A DNA stretch of 64,000 nt from Vulcanimicrobiota bacterium (GCA_963833095.1 CAWHWQ010000004.1:32001-96000), one strand, 5' to 3'; positions 26,557 through 37,024 are shown, counted from the first letter of the stretch. Program-made: numbers and translations. The notes: generated by a model not told the origin, from the sequence alone.

Positions 26557-27117
26557 ATGGACTGCTACTTTCACTCAAACGTTCCGTCGATAGCGCCGTG
26601 CGCGCATTGCGGAAAGTCGATTTGCGCAACCTGCCGTGACGAGCAGGGCGGATGCCCAAGCTGCCGTTTGGGACAGAAAATCGATGCTACCGTCGCCGAA
26701 CCCAAGCAACTGTGGGGCAAAGTTCCCCCGCGCCCGAGTGCGCCGCCGCAGACAACGGCCTCGGCAAAGGTAACGACCGTGTCGGACGATCCCGTCGAAA
26801 GCCGCGCCCTGGTTGCGCTGGGCTATCCACTCTGGCCGCTCGCGCTCCTCGGGCTGCTCGACTCCAAGAAATCGAACTACATCAAACGCCAAGCGCTGCA
26901 AGCGCTCGGTTTTAACGTGGGCTTCGCCGCCTTCTGGGGTCTTCTCGAATTGACGAGTCAGATTCCGGTGCTGGGTTGGTCGTCGAGCTTCGTGCTCTTG
27001 ATGATGCTGCCGATCTTTCTGGTCGCCAGCGTCTTCTTCGGCATCAAAGCCTGGCACGGCGATCCCGTTCGCGTGCCCATCATAAGTGACTGGCTCGACG
27101 AACGAATGCCCGCCTAG
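26557..27117 (+). CDS. B-box-like zinc finger + DUF4870/Tic20-like membrane protein
   Basis: C..H......C..CGK.IC..C......C..C followed by three TM segments with ALQAL and P+I motifs. Confidence 0.7.
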   Translation: MDCYFHSNVPSIAPCAHCGKSICATCRDEQGGCPSCRLGQKIDATVAEPKQLWGKVPPRPSAPPQTTASAKVTTVSDDPVESRALVALGYPLWPLALLGLLDSKKSNYIKRQALQALGFNVGFAAFWGLLELTSQIPVLGWSSSFVLLMMLPIFLVASVFFGIKAWHGDPVRVPIISDWLDERMPA

Positions 27118-27123
27118 GACAAA

Positions 27124-28551
27124 TCAGAGCTTCCTCTGCACAAATTCTTTGTATCTTTCTAAAAAGGTCCGGGCTTCGCGCCCGTGATCGACCACCGCGC
27201 TTGGATACGCATCGCGCGTAAAGAGCGGAAGCATCGGTTGATACTCGTCGACGCGTGCGCCCCAAGCGCTCATCGGTAACTGCGCAAGCTCGGGTACCCA
27301 GCGCTTGACATAGGCGCCGCTTGGATCGTAGCGGCGCCGCTGCTTTTCAGGGTTGTAGATGCGCGGGTATTGCGCCATGTCGGCGCCGACGCCGGCGATC
27401 CACTGCCAATTGCCGCTCGCGAGCACGGGATCGTCCTCGGTTAGCCAGCGTTCCCACTCGTCGCGTCCCACGCGCCAGTCGACCCCAAGATCGAAACAGA
27501 GAAATGAGGCGACCACGGAACGCACGTGCGGATGCATCCAGCCGGTTTCGTGCAATTGGCGCACACCGGCGTCCACCAGTGCAAAACCGGTTTTACCGCC
27601 GCGCCACCGATCGAGAGCCGGGTGCGAACGCGCAAACGGAAAGCCGCGCATCTTGACCTGCAGCGCTTCATCGTCGAACGGTCCGTAGAAAAATCCCAGT
27701 TGCAGGAAGAAATCGCGCAGCGCGAGCGAGCGCACGAAGAGCCGCAGCGACACCCGCTCTTCCGTCAGTAAAAACGAATCTTCTAAGCGCGCAAGCGTGG
27801 AACGAAGCACCGTGCGCGACGCGATAGTGCCAAACGAAAGATGCGCGGCGAGGTGCGAGGTGCGATCGTCGCTCGGCACGTTCATCGCGACGGCATATTG
27901 CACCGCGGAACCGTTCAAGAAACGATCGAGCGTGGCTGCGGCAACCGCGGGGCCGGCCTCAATCTCGCGTTCCCCCGCTCCGAACTCGTGCGGCAGCGGG
28001 AGCGGCTCGCTCTGTAATTCGCTCGATGCGAAACGGACGAGCAGCGGCGCGTCATACATTGTCGGCCGTAACGAGCGCCAGACGTCGTAGTAGGGAGCAA
28101 ACGCGCGATATCCGTCGCCGCCGCTGGGTCGCGCAGCAGCCGTCTCCTCCGGCGGTATCGCCGGCGCATCATGGACCAGCGCGGCACGCAAGCCCGCTTC
28201 CTCGAGTTCGGATTGCACGCGCGCGTCGCTCGTCGCGCCGGCACCGTCGTAACTCATGCTCCAGGCAACGCCGCCGGCCGCGCAAGCGCGAGCAATATTT
28301 TTTAGCGTCGCTCCGGTAGCCCCGCGTCGCACGATCAGACGCGCGCCCCGTTCGCGTAGCGCGCTATCGAGCGCGGCGACGGCGGAACAAAAGAATGCCG
28401 CGCGGCGGGGTGAACGCGCGAGTCGCGCTTCCGTCGCGCGATCGATCACGAGCACCGGAAGGACGTCACCGAGCGAAGCGGCTTGCGCCAAACCCGCATG
28501 GTCCTCAATACGTAGGTCGCGCGTGAAGCGGTAGATGAACGGCGCCGCCAT
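27124..28551 (-). CDS. DNA photolyase/cryptochrome family protein
   Basis: RDLRIEDH..L, TSHL..HL.FG, W..GKTG...VDAG.RQL..TGWMH...R, GNWQW.AG.G.D. Confidence 0.95.
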   Translation of the reverse strand: MAAPFIYRFTRDLRIEDHAGLAQAASLGDVLPVLVIDRATEARLARSPRRAAFFCSAVAALDSALRERGARLIVRRGATGATLKNIARACAAGGVAWSMSYDGAGATSDARVQSELEEAGLRAALVHDAPAIPPEETAAARPSGGDGYRAFAPYYDVWRSLRPTMYDAPLLVRFASSELQSEPLPLPHEFGAGEREIEAGPAVAAATLDRFLNGSAVQYAVAMNVPSDDRTSHLAAHLSFGTIASRTVLRSTLARLEDSFLLTEERVSLRLFVRSLALRDFFLQLGFFYGPFDDEALQVKMRGFPFARSHPALDRWRGGKTGFALVDAGVRQLHETGWMHPHVRSVVASFLCFDLGVDWRVGRDEWERWLTEDDPVLASGNWQWIAGVGADMAQYPRIYNPEKQRRRYDPSGAYVKRWVPELAQLPMSAWGARVDEYQPMLPLFTRDAYPSAVVDHGREARTFLERYKEFVQRKL

Positions 28552-28565
28552 GGTTCCCTTCTAGC

Positions 28566-28898
28566 CTAGAGCGTCTTCACGTAGGCGGCAATGTCGGACA
28601 CGTCCTGATCGGTGAGTGTACCCGGATACAGCTTGGGCATCGGCGGGTCGGGCTCTTCGATCGCGCGCACGATCTGCGCGAGCGTTCTTTTTCGGCCTTC
28701 GCTCGCAAGCGACGGACCGATACGTGCAGAGTCAAGAGAGGAATTGTGACAGACCTGGCAATTTTTTGCAAAGAGCTCCGCTCCCCGGCCTCGATTTGAA
28801 CTCGCCACGGTGGCGCGCTGATGCGAACAGCCCACGTTCGTAAGTCCCGTAAGGATTACGACGACCGCAGCGAATACCAGGCGACGGCGGGTGTGCAT
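28566..28898 (-). CDS. monoheme cytochrome c, probable lipoprotein
   Basis: CQVCH heme motif, distal MP, NVGC lipobox-like site; start uncertain. Confidence 0.85.
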   Translation of the reverse strand: MHTRRRLVFAAVVVILTGLTNVGCSHQRATVASSNRGRGAELFAKNCQVCHNSSLDSARIGPSLASEGRKRTLAQIVRAIEEPDPPMPKLYPGTLTDQDVSDIAAYVKTL

Positions 28899-28959
28899 TG
28901 CTGGGCGGGCGTTTCGTCTGAAGAGCCCGTTTCTCCCCACTTGGGAATCGAAAGGCGAC

Positions 28960-29451
28960 GTGGCCCGAAAGATCTTCCTGCGGTTTGGACAAACGAACGA
29001 TATCGAGCGCCTCACGAAAGAAGGCGTTCTTACCGGCGCGCCCTCTCCGCGGGAAAGCTGGACAACACGGATGACGATGTGCCTCGGCGAACAAAAAGCC
29101 GGCCGGCGCGTCATTCTTATTGCCGAAGACCAAAGCGGACTTTTGGGGATGGTGCAGCTCGTCTTCAAGCTGCCGCCTGGCTACGACGATCCCGAGGCCG
29201 CCAACGGTATGGACGTCGCGATGATGGAGAGTCTGCGCCTCAAGCCCAACGCGCCGCCGGAGATTGGAAACGAACTCGTAGGCGAAGTGCAGCGGCTCGC
29301 GATGAAGCGCAAAGTCAGGACGCTGACCTTCTTGATCTCAATGAACAACACGCGCGGGATCAATCAGGCCAAGAGCTGGGGCTTCGAAGAATTCCGCATC
29401 ATGCCTGAGGCCGACAAGATGCTCGCCTTCTTCCGCAAATCCATAGATTAG
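28960..29451 (+). CDS. GNAT-like hypothetical protein
   Basis: GAAAGG SD then GTG; IGNEL...V...N.RGI......GFE resembles a GNAT C-terminus. Confidence 0.5.
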   Translation: MARKIFLRFGQTNDIERLTKEGVLTGAPSPRESWTTRMTMCLGEQKAGRRVILIAEDQSGLLGMVQLVFKLPPGYDDPEAANGMDVAMMESLRLKPNAPPEIGNELVGEVQRLAMKRKVRTLTFLISMNNTRGINQAKSWGFEEFRIMPEADKMLAFFRKSID

Positions 29452-29453
29452 CA

Positions 29454-29474
29454 GGATTCAGCTTCGCTGAATCC
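29454..29474. repeat. palindromic hairpin between convergent genes
   Basis: ggattcagc-ttc-gctgaatcc. Confidence 0.6.
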
Positions 29475-29533
29475 GTGGCGTTCGAGCGCTTCCGCGCCCG
29501 ATCCGCAGGATCTCGGCGAAAGCGAAGCATTTC

Positions 29534-30523
29534 TTACTGCGGGATTCCGGTGTCCTCGTCTGAGGCCGCCCGGAAAGTAAACGCGTCGCGATAGAGGCCA
29601 ACCGTCGGTTTTCCGTTGACGAGACGCGGCGAATAGCGCGCGGTCATCGCCGCTTTGCAGACCGCGACGTCGAGCGCAAGATATCCCGACGATTTGGTGA
29701 TCGTACACTTGGTGGGTAGGCCGCGTTCGTCGACCAACACTTCGAACGCGGTTGTTCCTTGCGCATTTTCCGCATACGCAATCGGGGCCGGTCGCGGCTT
29801 GATCGCCGCATCGCCGCCAAGCGGAACGACATCACGTACCGTAGTCAGCGGCGCCACCGCAATTGACTCCGCGCGGCCGGCCAATACCGGCACGGCGGTG
29901 GTCTCGGCTTGGGCGCCCTTTTGCGACGGCATTGCCTCGTCACGTCGCCAGATCGGCACGTTTGACGCGGGCGCCGTCACGCGCGGTATCGGCGCTTGCG
30001 CGACGACCGTCGTTTGCGTAGTCGTCTGCGTTACCTTATTCCCGTGCCGCTCGACAACGTTGTGAATGACCACCATGCTGCGCGGCGCAGGCGAAGGTTT
30101 GGCCGCCGGCGGCTGCGCCGTGGGGGCGATGCGCGGGCGATGTTCGAGCGCAACGTGAAACGTCGTCGTGTGTTCGGCGTCGGCAACCTTCGGTTCGATC
30201 GCGGGGGGCGCAACCACCGCCGCGAGCATCGCATGCACGCCAAACGAAATCGCGATCGCCGCAGCGAGCACCGCTGCGCCGGTGCGCCACACACCCGCGC
30301 GCGAACCCGACATAACGCGAGGCAGAGGCTCCCACGTCTCGCTGTCACGCGCGTGCGCAATCGTCGACATGACGCGTTCGATCTCGCGCTCGCCGCCCAG
30401 GGCGTTGAGACACGACGCGCAGGTCGCGATATGCTTACGATATTCTTCGCGCTCGGTTTGCGTCGCTTCGCCGAGCGCGATCGCTCCGGCGAGGATCTCC
30501 GTGCGCGAACATTGGTTGGTCAC
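29534..30523 (-). CDS. zinc-binding anti-sigma factor fused to a TonB C-terminal domain
   Basis: HIATCASC (HxxxCxxC), one TM, Pro/Thr-rich linker, QG...VLVDERG....I.KSSG...LD......RYSP...NGKP. Confidence 0.8.
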   Translation of the reverse strand: MTNQCSRTEILAGAIALGEATQTEREEYRKHIATCASCLNALGGEREIERVMSTIAHARDSETWEPLPRVMSGSRAGVWRTGAAVLAAAIAISFGVHAMLAAVVAPPAIEPKVADAEHTTTFHVALEHRPRIAPTAQPPAAKPSPAPRSMVVIHNVVERHGNKVTQTTTQTTVVAQAPIPRVTAPASNVPIWRRDEAMPSQKGAQAETTAVPVLAGRAESIAVAPLTTVRDVVPLGGDAAIKPRPAPIAYAENAQGTTAFEVLVDERGLPTKCTITKSSGYLALDVAVCKAAMTARYSPRLVNGKPTVGLYRDAFTFRAASDEDTGIPQ

Positions 30524-31041
30524 AATCGCTCCGTCATCACCGACCGCAAGATCTTCATGGCCCGGCAGACGCGTTGACGAACGGCGTCGGGCGAGGTTCC
30601 GAGGATCGTTGCAGCCTCATTGGAGGAGTAGCCCGCATAGCTGGTCAGTAAGACCGCCGCCGCCTGCTCGGGCGGCAACTTCGCAATCGCCGCTTGCAGG
30701 TCGACCGACGACGCACTGCGTTCGTCGATCCGCCACGACCGGTCGTCGCTTTCGCGATCGAGCGGGAGCATGCGGATGATCTTGCGTCGTCGCAGGTGCG
30801 AAATCGCACCGTTCGTCGCAGTCTTATAGAGCCACCCCGCGGTCAGCGGTCGATCCGGATCGCGCTGGAGCGTCCGAAACGCCGCTAAGAACACGTCCTG
30901 CGTCAGATCGAGCGCGAGCTCGCTGTCGCCGACCATGCGCCGCAAATAGCGCGCCAGCTTGGTTTGGTATTCGCGCACGAGTGCTTCGATCCGAAGCTGC
31001 ACGCCGGCCGCCGATTGCGTGGTGAGGTAGACCTCCTCCAT
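30520..31041 (-). CDS. ECF-type RNA polymerase sigma factor
   Basis: DLTQDVFL, WLYK.A.N, LP.EQ..AVLL....GYS..EAA.ILG.S..AV. Confidence 0.93.
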   Translation of the reverse strand: MEEVYLTTQSAAGVQLRIEALVREYQTKLARYLRRMVGDSELALDLTQDVFLAAFRTLQRDPDRPLTAGWLYKTATNGAISHLRRRKIIRMLPLDRESDDRSWRIDERSASSVDLQAAIAKLPPEQAAAVLLTSYAGYSSNEAATILGTSPDAVRQRVCRAMKILRSVMTERL

Positions 31042-31063
31042 GCGTTCTGGTCCCCCTTTGCCA

Positions 31064-31105
31064 TACAACGGGGTCATGGGGGTGGTTGTGACCGAATTTT
31101 GGTCA
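31064..31105 (-). promoter_or_regulatory. putative ECF-type autoregulated promoter overlapped by an inverted repeat
   Basis: GTCACA-N16-CGTTGTA; palindrome TGACC-N7-GGTCA at 31089-31105. Confidence 0.45.
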
Positions 31106-31174
31106 GGTCGAGGAAGCGCGCCCCGAAGTTTGCTCTAGCAAATGAGGGGCACGCTGACGACGACCGGGACAAAA

Positions 31175-32188
31175 TTAGCCGCCGATTTCGGAGAAGGCGC
31201 GCATTCGGGAGCTAGCCTCGCCCAGGCGGAGGTGATGGCGCTCGGGTTTGATCGCCATGCTGGCGGTCAGCAAGCCGGCGATCTCGTCCGTAGAAGCGCC
31301 CGCTCGCAGCGGCGTGCGCAGGTCGACGTGCTGATCCCCAAAGAGGCACAGGCGCAGCCGCCCGTCGGCGGTGAGACGAACCCGGTTGCAACGCTCGCAG
31401 TAGTCGTGCGAGAGCGGGCTGATGACGCCGACGGCGCCAGCAGCGCCGGGGTAGGCGAAGTAACGCGCCGGACCGTTGCCCGGCGGTCCGGGCACCGGCT
31501 CGATCCGCTCGACCGCCGCGACCCGTTCGAGAATTTCATCGGATGACACGTAGCTATCGCGCTGCAACTCGAGGTTTTCATGGACAGGCATTACCTCGAT
31601 GAAGCGTACGTACACAGCGCGTTCGCGCGTCAGGGCGGCAAAGTCCGCGATCTCGTCGTCGTTTTCCCCGCGCATGACGACGCAATTGAGCTTGACCGGG
31701 CCCAGGTTTGCCGCGATCGCGGCGTCGATGCCGCGCAGCACCTTGTCCAACCCGGGCCGGCGCGCGATGCGGACGAAACGGTCTTCGCGCAGGGTATCGA
31801 GCGAGATATTCACGCGCCGCAAGCCGGCAACCACCAGCGCATCGAGCTGCTCCTCGAGTAACACCGCGTTGGTGGAGAGCGCAATGTCGTCGATGCCGTC
31901 GATGGCGTTTATACCGGCAACGAGGCGATCGAGATCGCGACGGACCAGCGGCTCGCCGCCGGTCAAGCGAATCGTACGAACGCCGACTTGCGCGGCCGCT
32001 CGAACGATTTCCACGATCTCCTCGTAGCGCAGCAAGTCTTCGCGCGCGAGCCACGGCAGCCCGGATTCCGGCATGCAGTAAACGCAGCGCAGATTGCATT
32101 TGTCGGTCACCGAGACGCGCAAATAGGTAATCGGCCGATTGAAGGTATCGGCTAATGGCTCGCGCGTGAGGTCGACCGTAGTTTTCAT
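31175..32188 (-). CDS. moaA: GTP 3',8-cyclase MoaA
   Basis: YLRVSVTDKCNLRCVYCMP; C..CNRVRLTADG.LRLCLF; terminal IGG. Confidence 0.97.
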   Translation of the reverse strand: MKTTVDLTREPLADTFNRPITYLRVSVTDKCNLRCVYCMPESGLPWLAREDLLRYEEIVEIVRAAAQVGVRTIRLTGGEPLVRRDLDRLVAGINAIDGIDDIALSTNAVLLEEQLDALVVAGLRRVNISLDTLREDRFVRIARRPGLDKVLRGIDAAIAANLGPVKLNCVVMRGENDDEIADFAALTRERAVYVRFIEVMPVHENLELQRDSYVSSDEILERVAAVERIEPVPGPPGNGPARYFAYPGAAGAVGVISPLSHDYCERCNRVRLTADGRLRLCLFGDQHVDLRTPLRAGASTDEIAGLLTASMAIKPERHHLRLGEASSRMRAFSEIGG

Positions 32189-32197
32189 GGCACCTTG

Positions 32198-32773
32198 TTA
32201 CTGCGTGAACAGCGAATCGGGCAGATTCGGATTCAGCTGGTAGCCCGAGAGGGTCGCGGTGACGTCGCCCTTGTAGCTGGGCTCTTCCACATGACCGGTC
32301 TGCGACGTGACCAGAGCATTCCCTTGTATGACGCTATAGCGGTTGTCCACGGACGCCCAGCCGCCGTTGGCGTAGTCCCAACGCTCCGCGCCGATCGTGG
32401 CGGTCGCGTCATCGACGGTCACCGTGATCTTGCGGACGTTTCCAACTTCACGCGGGACCAGCGCGAAGGTCGTAGTGTGGCCGTCGTCCGCGGTCTGCGT
32501 CACTTCGTAAAGTGTGTTCCAGCGCGCCGGCGGCTCGATCCGCGGGAAGAGCTGCGAGAATCCCTGCGCAATCGCCGGCATTCCGCTGGTGACCGCGACC
32601 TTGTTGAGATCGGGGTCCTTGTGATAGTACGTCGCGACGAGGTCGGTTGAGAGAAACGGAAACGTTTCGAGCGCGACGTGCGCGTGCATCGTGGCCGAAT
32701 AGCTGTGCAGATCGGGATTGAGTCCGATCATGCGCGCAAGCAGATCGGCCAGTAGAATGACTAACAATTTCAT
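32198..32773 (-). CDS. hypothetical exported protein, possibly LolA-like fold
   Basis: beta-rich, ends Y.LN.NLPDSLF. Confidence 0.45.
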   Translation of the reverse strand: MKLLVILLADLLARMIGLNPDLHSYSATMHAHVALETFPFLSTDLVATYYHKDPDLNKVAVTSGMPAIAQGFSQLFPRIEPPARWNTLYEVTQTADDGHTTTFALVPREVGNVRKITVTVDDATATIGAERWDYANGGWASVDNRYSVIQGNALVTSQTGHVEEPSYKGDVTATLSGYQLNPNLPDSLFTQ

Positions 32774-33891
32774 GGAAGTGCTGCGGAGATCTCCTCTAGG
32801 ACGCTGGCTTCGGTTTCAACCGTGGCGTGTACTTGCAAGGCTTCGATCGCTCGCGGCGCGGCGATGCGTCCGAGCGCCCAGGCTGACGCACCGCGCACCA
32901 TCGGATGGGGATCGCGTTGCAGGGATTGCACGAGTGCAGGGATAGCCGAGCGATCCAGCGCGTTTCCAAGCCCGATTGCTGCGTTACGCCGCAACACCGC
33001 CGCGCCGCGCCACCCCATCGCCGTGCGCGCATAGCGCCGCTTGAATTCTCCACTGCGAAGCTGGAGAAGCTCTGTGAGCGCGGGCGCCGCGCTCGCAGCA
33101 TCGTAGGGTACGAATGCGTCGCTCCCTTGGTTTCCGGCATTGCGAGTCGGCGGGCAGACGGTCTGGCAGATGTCGCAACCCCAAATCCAATCACCGAGCA
33201 ATGCGCGCATTTCGCGCGGTATTGGATCGGTTCGTTGGGTAAGGTCAGCGATGCAGCGTGTGGCATCGATCGTGTAGTCGCCGCGCAGCGCACCCGTCGG
33301 GCATCCCTCGATGCAGCGCACGCACGAACCACAACTCTTGCGCAGTGGTGCATCAGGCTCAAGCGCGAGCGTGGTCACGATCTCGCCAAGAAACACGAAC
33401 GACCCAAGTTCCGGCGAGATCAGGTTGGTGTGCTTGCCGATCCACCCCAAGCCCGCGCGCGCCGCAAAGGCACGCTCGGCGATCGGTTTTGTATCGCAGG
33501 CGATGGCGGTCACCGCTGCGTTGGCGGCGCGGTCGACCTCCGCCGCCACCCTCGAAAGCAGCTCACGCAGGCGGGTGTGATAGTCAGAGGACCACGCGTA
33601 GTTCGAAACGCGCCCATGTAGGGGTGGCCGGGTTGGCTCTGCGGTTGCATACGGGACCGCGATACAAATGATGCTGCGCGCACCAGCGAGTATGACTTGC
33701 GGATCCGCTGCCGCCCGCGCGTACTGCGCGTCGTAACCCCACGTGGCCAGGTCGCCGCGATCGAAGGATGCGCGCATGCGCTCGCGCGACTCGGGATCTT
33801 CGCGAGCATCGACGACGCGCACGTCGCCGGCGCCAAGCGCTCGCGCGCGCTGCGTCGCGAGCTCCTTGATCGCACCGAGCTGCGCGATCAC
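32770..33891 (-). CDS. queG: epoxyqueuosine reductase
   Basis: DYH, AGLGWIGK, CGSC.RC...CPTGA, GCDICQ.VCP, HEAT-like C-terminus. Confidence 0.95.
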   Translation of the reverse strand: MIAQLGAIKELATQRARALGAGDVRVVDAREDPESRERMRASFDRGDLATWGYDAQYARAAADPQVILAGARSIICIAVPYATAEPTRPPLHGRVSNYAWSSDYHTRLRELLSRVAAEVDRAANAAVTAIACDTKPIAERAFAARAGLGWIGKHTNLISPELGSFVFLGEIVTTLALEPDAPLRKSCGSCVRCIEGCPTGALRGDYTIDATRCIADLTQRTDPIPREMRALLGDWIWGCDICQTVCPPTRNAGNQGSDAFVPYDAASAAPALTELLQLRSGEFKRRYARTAMGWRGAAVLRRNAAIGLGNALDRSAIPALVQSLQRDPHPMVRGASAWALGRIAAPRAIEALQVHATVETEASVLEEISAALP

Positions 33892-34739
33892 AGGGTCGCG
33901 AGCGGTCCCTTGCGCCCCACCGGAAAGGCGGCGTCGATCGCGTCGATGTCACTTGCATCGAGATGAAGGTCCCCTGCCCCGGCATTCTCCTCGACGTGCC
34001 CAACGCTCGATGACTTGGGAATCGTAAACACGTTGGGCTCGCGGGTGAGAAACGCCAAAATCACTTGCCGCGCCGTCGCTCCATATTTTGCTGCAATGCG
34101 CTCGAGCACGTCACCGCCGTTACTCGATGAGCGCGGGAACTGGCCGCGGCCAAACGGCGTATAGGCAACGATCGCGACATCCGCGGCGAGCGCGGTTGGA
34201 ATAAGGTGATGCTCGATCCCGCGCTCTCGCACATGATAGAGCACTTGATTGCACGCAAGCGGGATCTCGCCAAGAAGCCGGCGGGCTTCGAGCATCTCGT
34301 CGACGTCGAAGTTGCTTACCCCGACGAAACGCGTCTTGCCTGCATGAACGAGATCGCCGAGCGCGCGCATCGTTTCGTGCAAGGGAACCGCACTCGGCCA
34401 GTGCAGCATATACAGATCGAGATGGTCGAGACGAAGGTTGTTCAGACTGCGCTCGCAGGCTTCGATCGTACCTTTATAGGTTGCGTTGCCCGGCAAGACT
34501 TTGCTGGCGACAAACAGCGAGTCGCGCGCGATGCCGGCGATCGCCTCGCCCAAAATGCGCTCCACGGCGCCCGCGCCGTACATTTCCGCGGTGTCCAGAT
34601 GCGTCATGCCGAGCTCGACACCGCGCCGGAGCGCGCGAATCGCCTCGGTCTTGCGCGCGCCGCTCTCGGGAATATCCCAGGTTCCCTGCCCGATCACCGG
34701 AACCGAAACGCCGGTTGCACCAAAGACTTTGTGCTGCAT
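33888..34739 (-). CDS. aldo/keto reductase
   Basis: IGQGTW, DTAEMYG, DLYMLHWP, GVSNF, IPKSS. Confidence 0.95.
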   Translation of the reverse strand: MQHKVFGATGVSVPVIGQGTWDIPESGARKTEAIRALRRGVELGMTHLDTAEMYGAGAVERILGEAIAGIARDSLFVASKVLPGNATYKGTIEACERSLNNLRLDHLDLYMLHWPSAVPLHETMRALGDLVHAGKTRFVGVSNFDVDEMLEARRLLGEIPLACNQVLYHVRERGIEHHLIPTALAADVAIVAYTPFGRGQFPRSSSNGGDVLERIAAKYGATARQVILAFLTREPNVFTIPKSSSVGHVEENAGAGDLHLDASDIDAIDAAFPVGRKGPLATL

Positions 34740-34753
34740 ATTTCGACTCTACC

Positions 34754-35857
34754 TCAAAAAAAGTCGAATGACTCGTGCATCGCCGCATAGGCAAGCAGAC
34801 CACCGTGGAGATGGCGGATACGGGTGAACCCGGCGTCACGCAAACGCCGCACCGCCCAGAGCGACTTAGCGCCCACTCGGCATGCCACGATGTAGGTTTG
34901 GGCGCTATCGAGTTCGTGCAGCCGGGCTTCGAGTTGCGACGCTGGGATGTGTAGCGCGCCTTCAACTATTCCCAGTACCGCTTCGTGCGGCTCGCGTACG
35001 TCGAGAAGCGTTGCGCTCGCGAGCGCATCGTCCAATTCCGCCGGACCGAGATCGCTCTCGTCTTCGCTCTCGTCGAGTTCGGTCTCGACAGCCTCGAGAA
35101 TGGTGGGGCGCTGCGCGCACACTGCGCAGCGCGGATCGCGCTCGAAACGCACCTCCCGCGTGCGCGCGCCTAAACTTTCGATCGAGCAGGAGACGCCCCG
35201 CGAGCGGTTCGCCGATCCCGAGCAGCAGTTTGAGCACTTCGTTTGTTTGCCACGTACCGACCAGCCCGGCTAACACGCCGAGCACGCCGCCTTCCGCACA
35301 GGTCGGCACCGCGCCGGCCGGCGGCGCATCGGGATAGAGGCAGCGGTAACACGGACCGCCCTTGTAATTAAAGATCGCTGACTTGACCGTCGAACCGGAA
35401 GATCGATGCGTAGACGTCGGGCTTGCCCTCGAGGACGCAAGCGTCGTTGATGAGGTAACGCGTCGAAAAACGATCGGTGCAATCGACGACGACGTCGTAA
35501 AGGCGCACGAGCTCGCGCGCATTGCTCGTATCGAAGCGGCGTGGGATCGCATCGATCGCTATCGATGGATTGATCGCCTGCACGCGCTCGGCCGCGACCG
35601 TCGCTTTACGCTTGCCGACATCGACGGTTGCAAAGATGGTTTGCCGTTGCAGGTTCGTGAGATCAACCACATCGTCGTCGACGATGCCGATGCGACCGAC
35701 ACCCGCCGCGGCCAAATACTGTAGCACCGGCGAACCAAGCCCTCCCGCGCCAACGACGAGCACGCGCGCAGCGGCAAGCCGCTCCTGACCGGCTAAGTCC
35801 GACTTCGGGGATCAGCAGGTGACGGCTATAACGGCGCAGCTCGGAGCGACCGGCCAG
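34754..35857 (-). CDS. moeB: MoeB/MoeZ adenylyltransferase with rhodanese domain; frameshifted as assembled
   Basis: RYSRHL, VGAGGLGSP, NLQRQ, PCYRCL, C.E.GVLG, DVREP.E, CRVG spread over several frames; start approximate. Confidence 0.85.
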
Positions 35858-35859
35858 GC

Positions 35860-36583
35860 TTAGGCGCGCGGGTGCAGGTCGATTCAGCCATTGCAGCACT
35901 TCACCGCGAGCATGTTCGCCCGCATAGGTGTGATCGCTTTCGATCGATGCAAAGCTCTTGGGTTCGGGAGCGCGGTCGTAGAGCTCGCGCACGCTTGCAG
36001 GCGAGACCATCGCATCGTGCGCCGCCGCGACATAGAGCGCGGGCCGCCCCCGCAACTTCGGCAGCAATCGTTCGAAGGATGCGTCGATACCGTCGAGCAG
36101 TGTGGGCAAATCGACGCCGTCGACGTAGGACGAGCGAAAATCCGTGGCTCCCGCGGCGCGCAGCAGCATTCAGTGCGCTTGGCCGCCCGTATCCGGTGGC
36201 GATGGCGACCGACCCGGCGATCGTACGATCCGCCGCGGCGACAAATAGCGCGGTGATCGCGCCCATGCTGTGGCCCATCGTATAGAGCGGCTCGTTGCCG
36301 CGTTCGCGCGCCGCTGCAACAACCGCAGCCATGGCGTCGACGCAGTCGTCGAATCCGCGTAGCTCACCGCCGCTCGCGCCAAGCTTGTGTCCGGGAAAAT
36401 CGAGGTTATAGACGCGAAATCCATGGCTCTGCAGAAACGCGCACAGAAAGTCGAGATTGTGCTTGCTCGATGAATAGCCGTGTCCGGCGACAATCGAGAC
36501 GTTGCGCGGACGGCGCGGTTCGTAGACGCAGCACCGCGACGTCGTTGTGCTGCGCGCAGACCCGGATGCAGTTCGAGGGGCAT
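35860..36583 (-). CDS. alpha/beta hydrolase; frameshifted as assembled
   Basis: GYSS, DFPGH, GHSMG nucleophile elbow, D.MV, SDH in different frames. Confidence 0.75.
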
Positions 36584-36596
36584 CAGCTACACGGCG

Positions 36597-37022
36597 CTAG
36601 CACGCGTTGGCGACCCATTCCCCGGTTCCGTCGGCGTAGCGTTCCTTCTTCCATATCGGAGCGCGCGCTTTGAGTTCGTCGATCGCGTAGCGGCAGGCAT
36701 CGAACGCGTGCGCGCGGTGCGCCGAAGCCGCACAGACCGCGACGGCGATCTCGCCGATGCGCAGGTCGCCGACGCGATGCACGATCCCAAGCCGTACGCC
36801 GCGGATAGCGTTCGCCAGCCTCGCCTGCGATCGCGGCGAACTCGGCCAACGCCATAGCTTCGTGCGCTTCATAGAGAGGCCGGTCACGGGACGCCCGTCC
36901 TCCGCGTGCTCGCGCACGACGCCGAGAAAGATCGACGACGCCGCCGAACTTGTCAGTCGCGCACCGCGCGCCTCGAGCGTGCGCGGATCGATCGGATCGC
37001 GAACGATCGCGAAGAGCGCCAT
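36597..37022 (-). CDS. moaE: molybdopterin synthase catalytic subunit; frameshifted as assembled
   Basis: FLGVVRE, HRVG.L.IGE, HR..AF.ACRY.IDELK...PIWKKE. Confidence 0.9.
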   Translation of the reverse strand: MALFAIVRDPIDPRTLEARGARLTSSAASSIFLGVVREHAEDGRPVTGLSMKRTKLWRWPSSPRSQARLANAIRGVRLGIVHRVGDLRIGEIAVAVCAASAHRAHAFDACRYAIDELKARAPIWKKERYADGTGEWVANAC

Positions 37023-37024
37023 CG

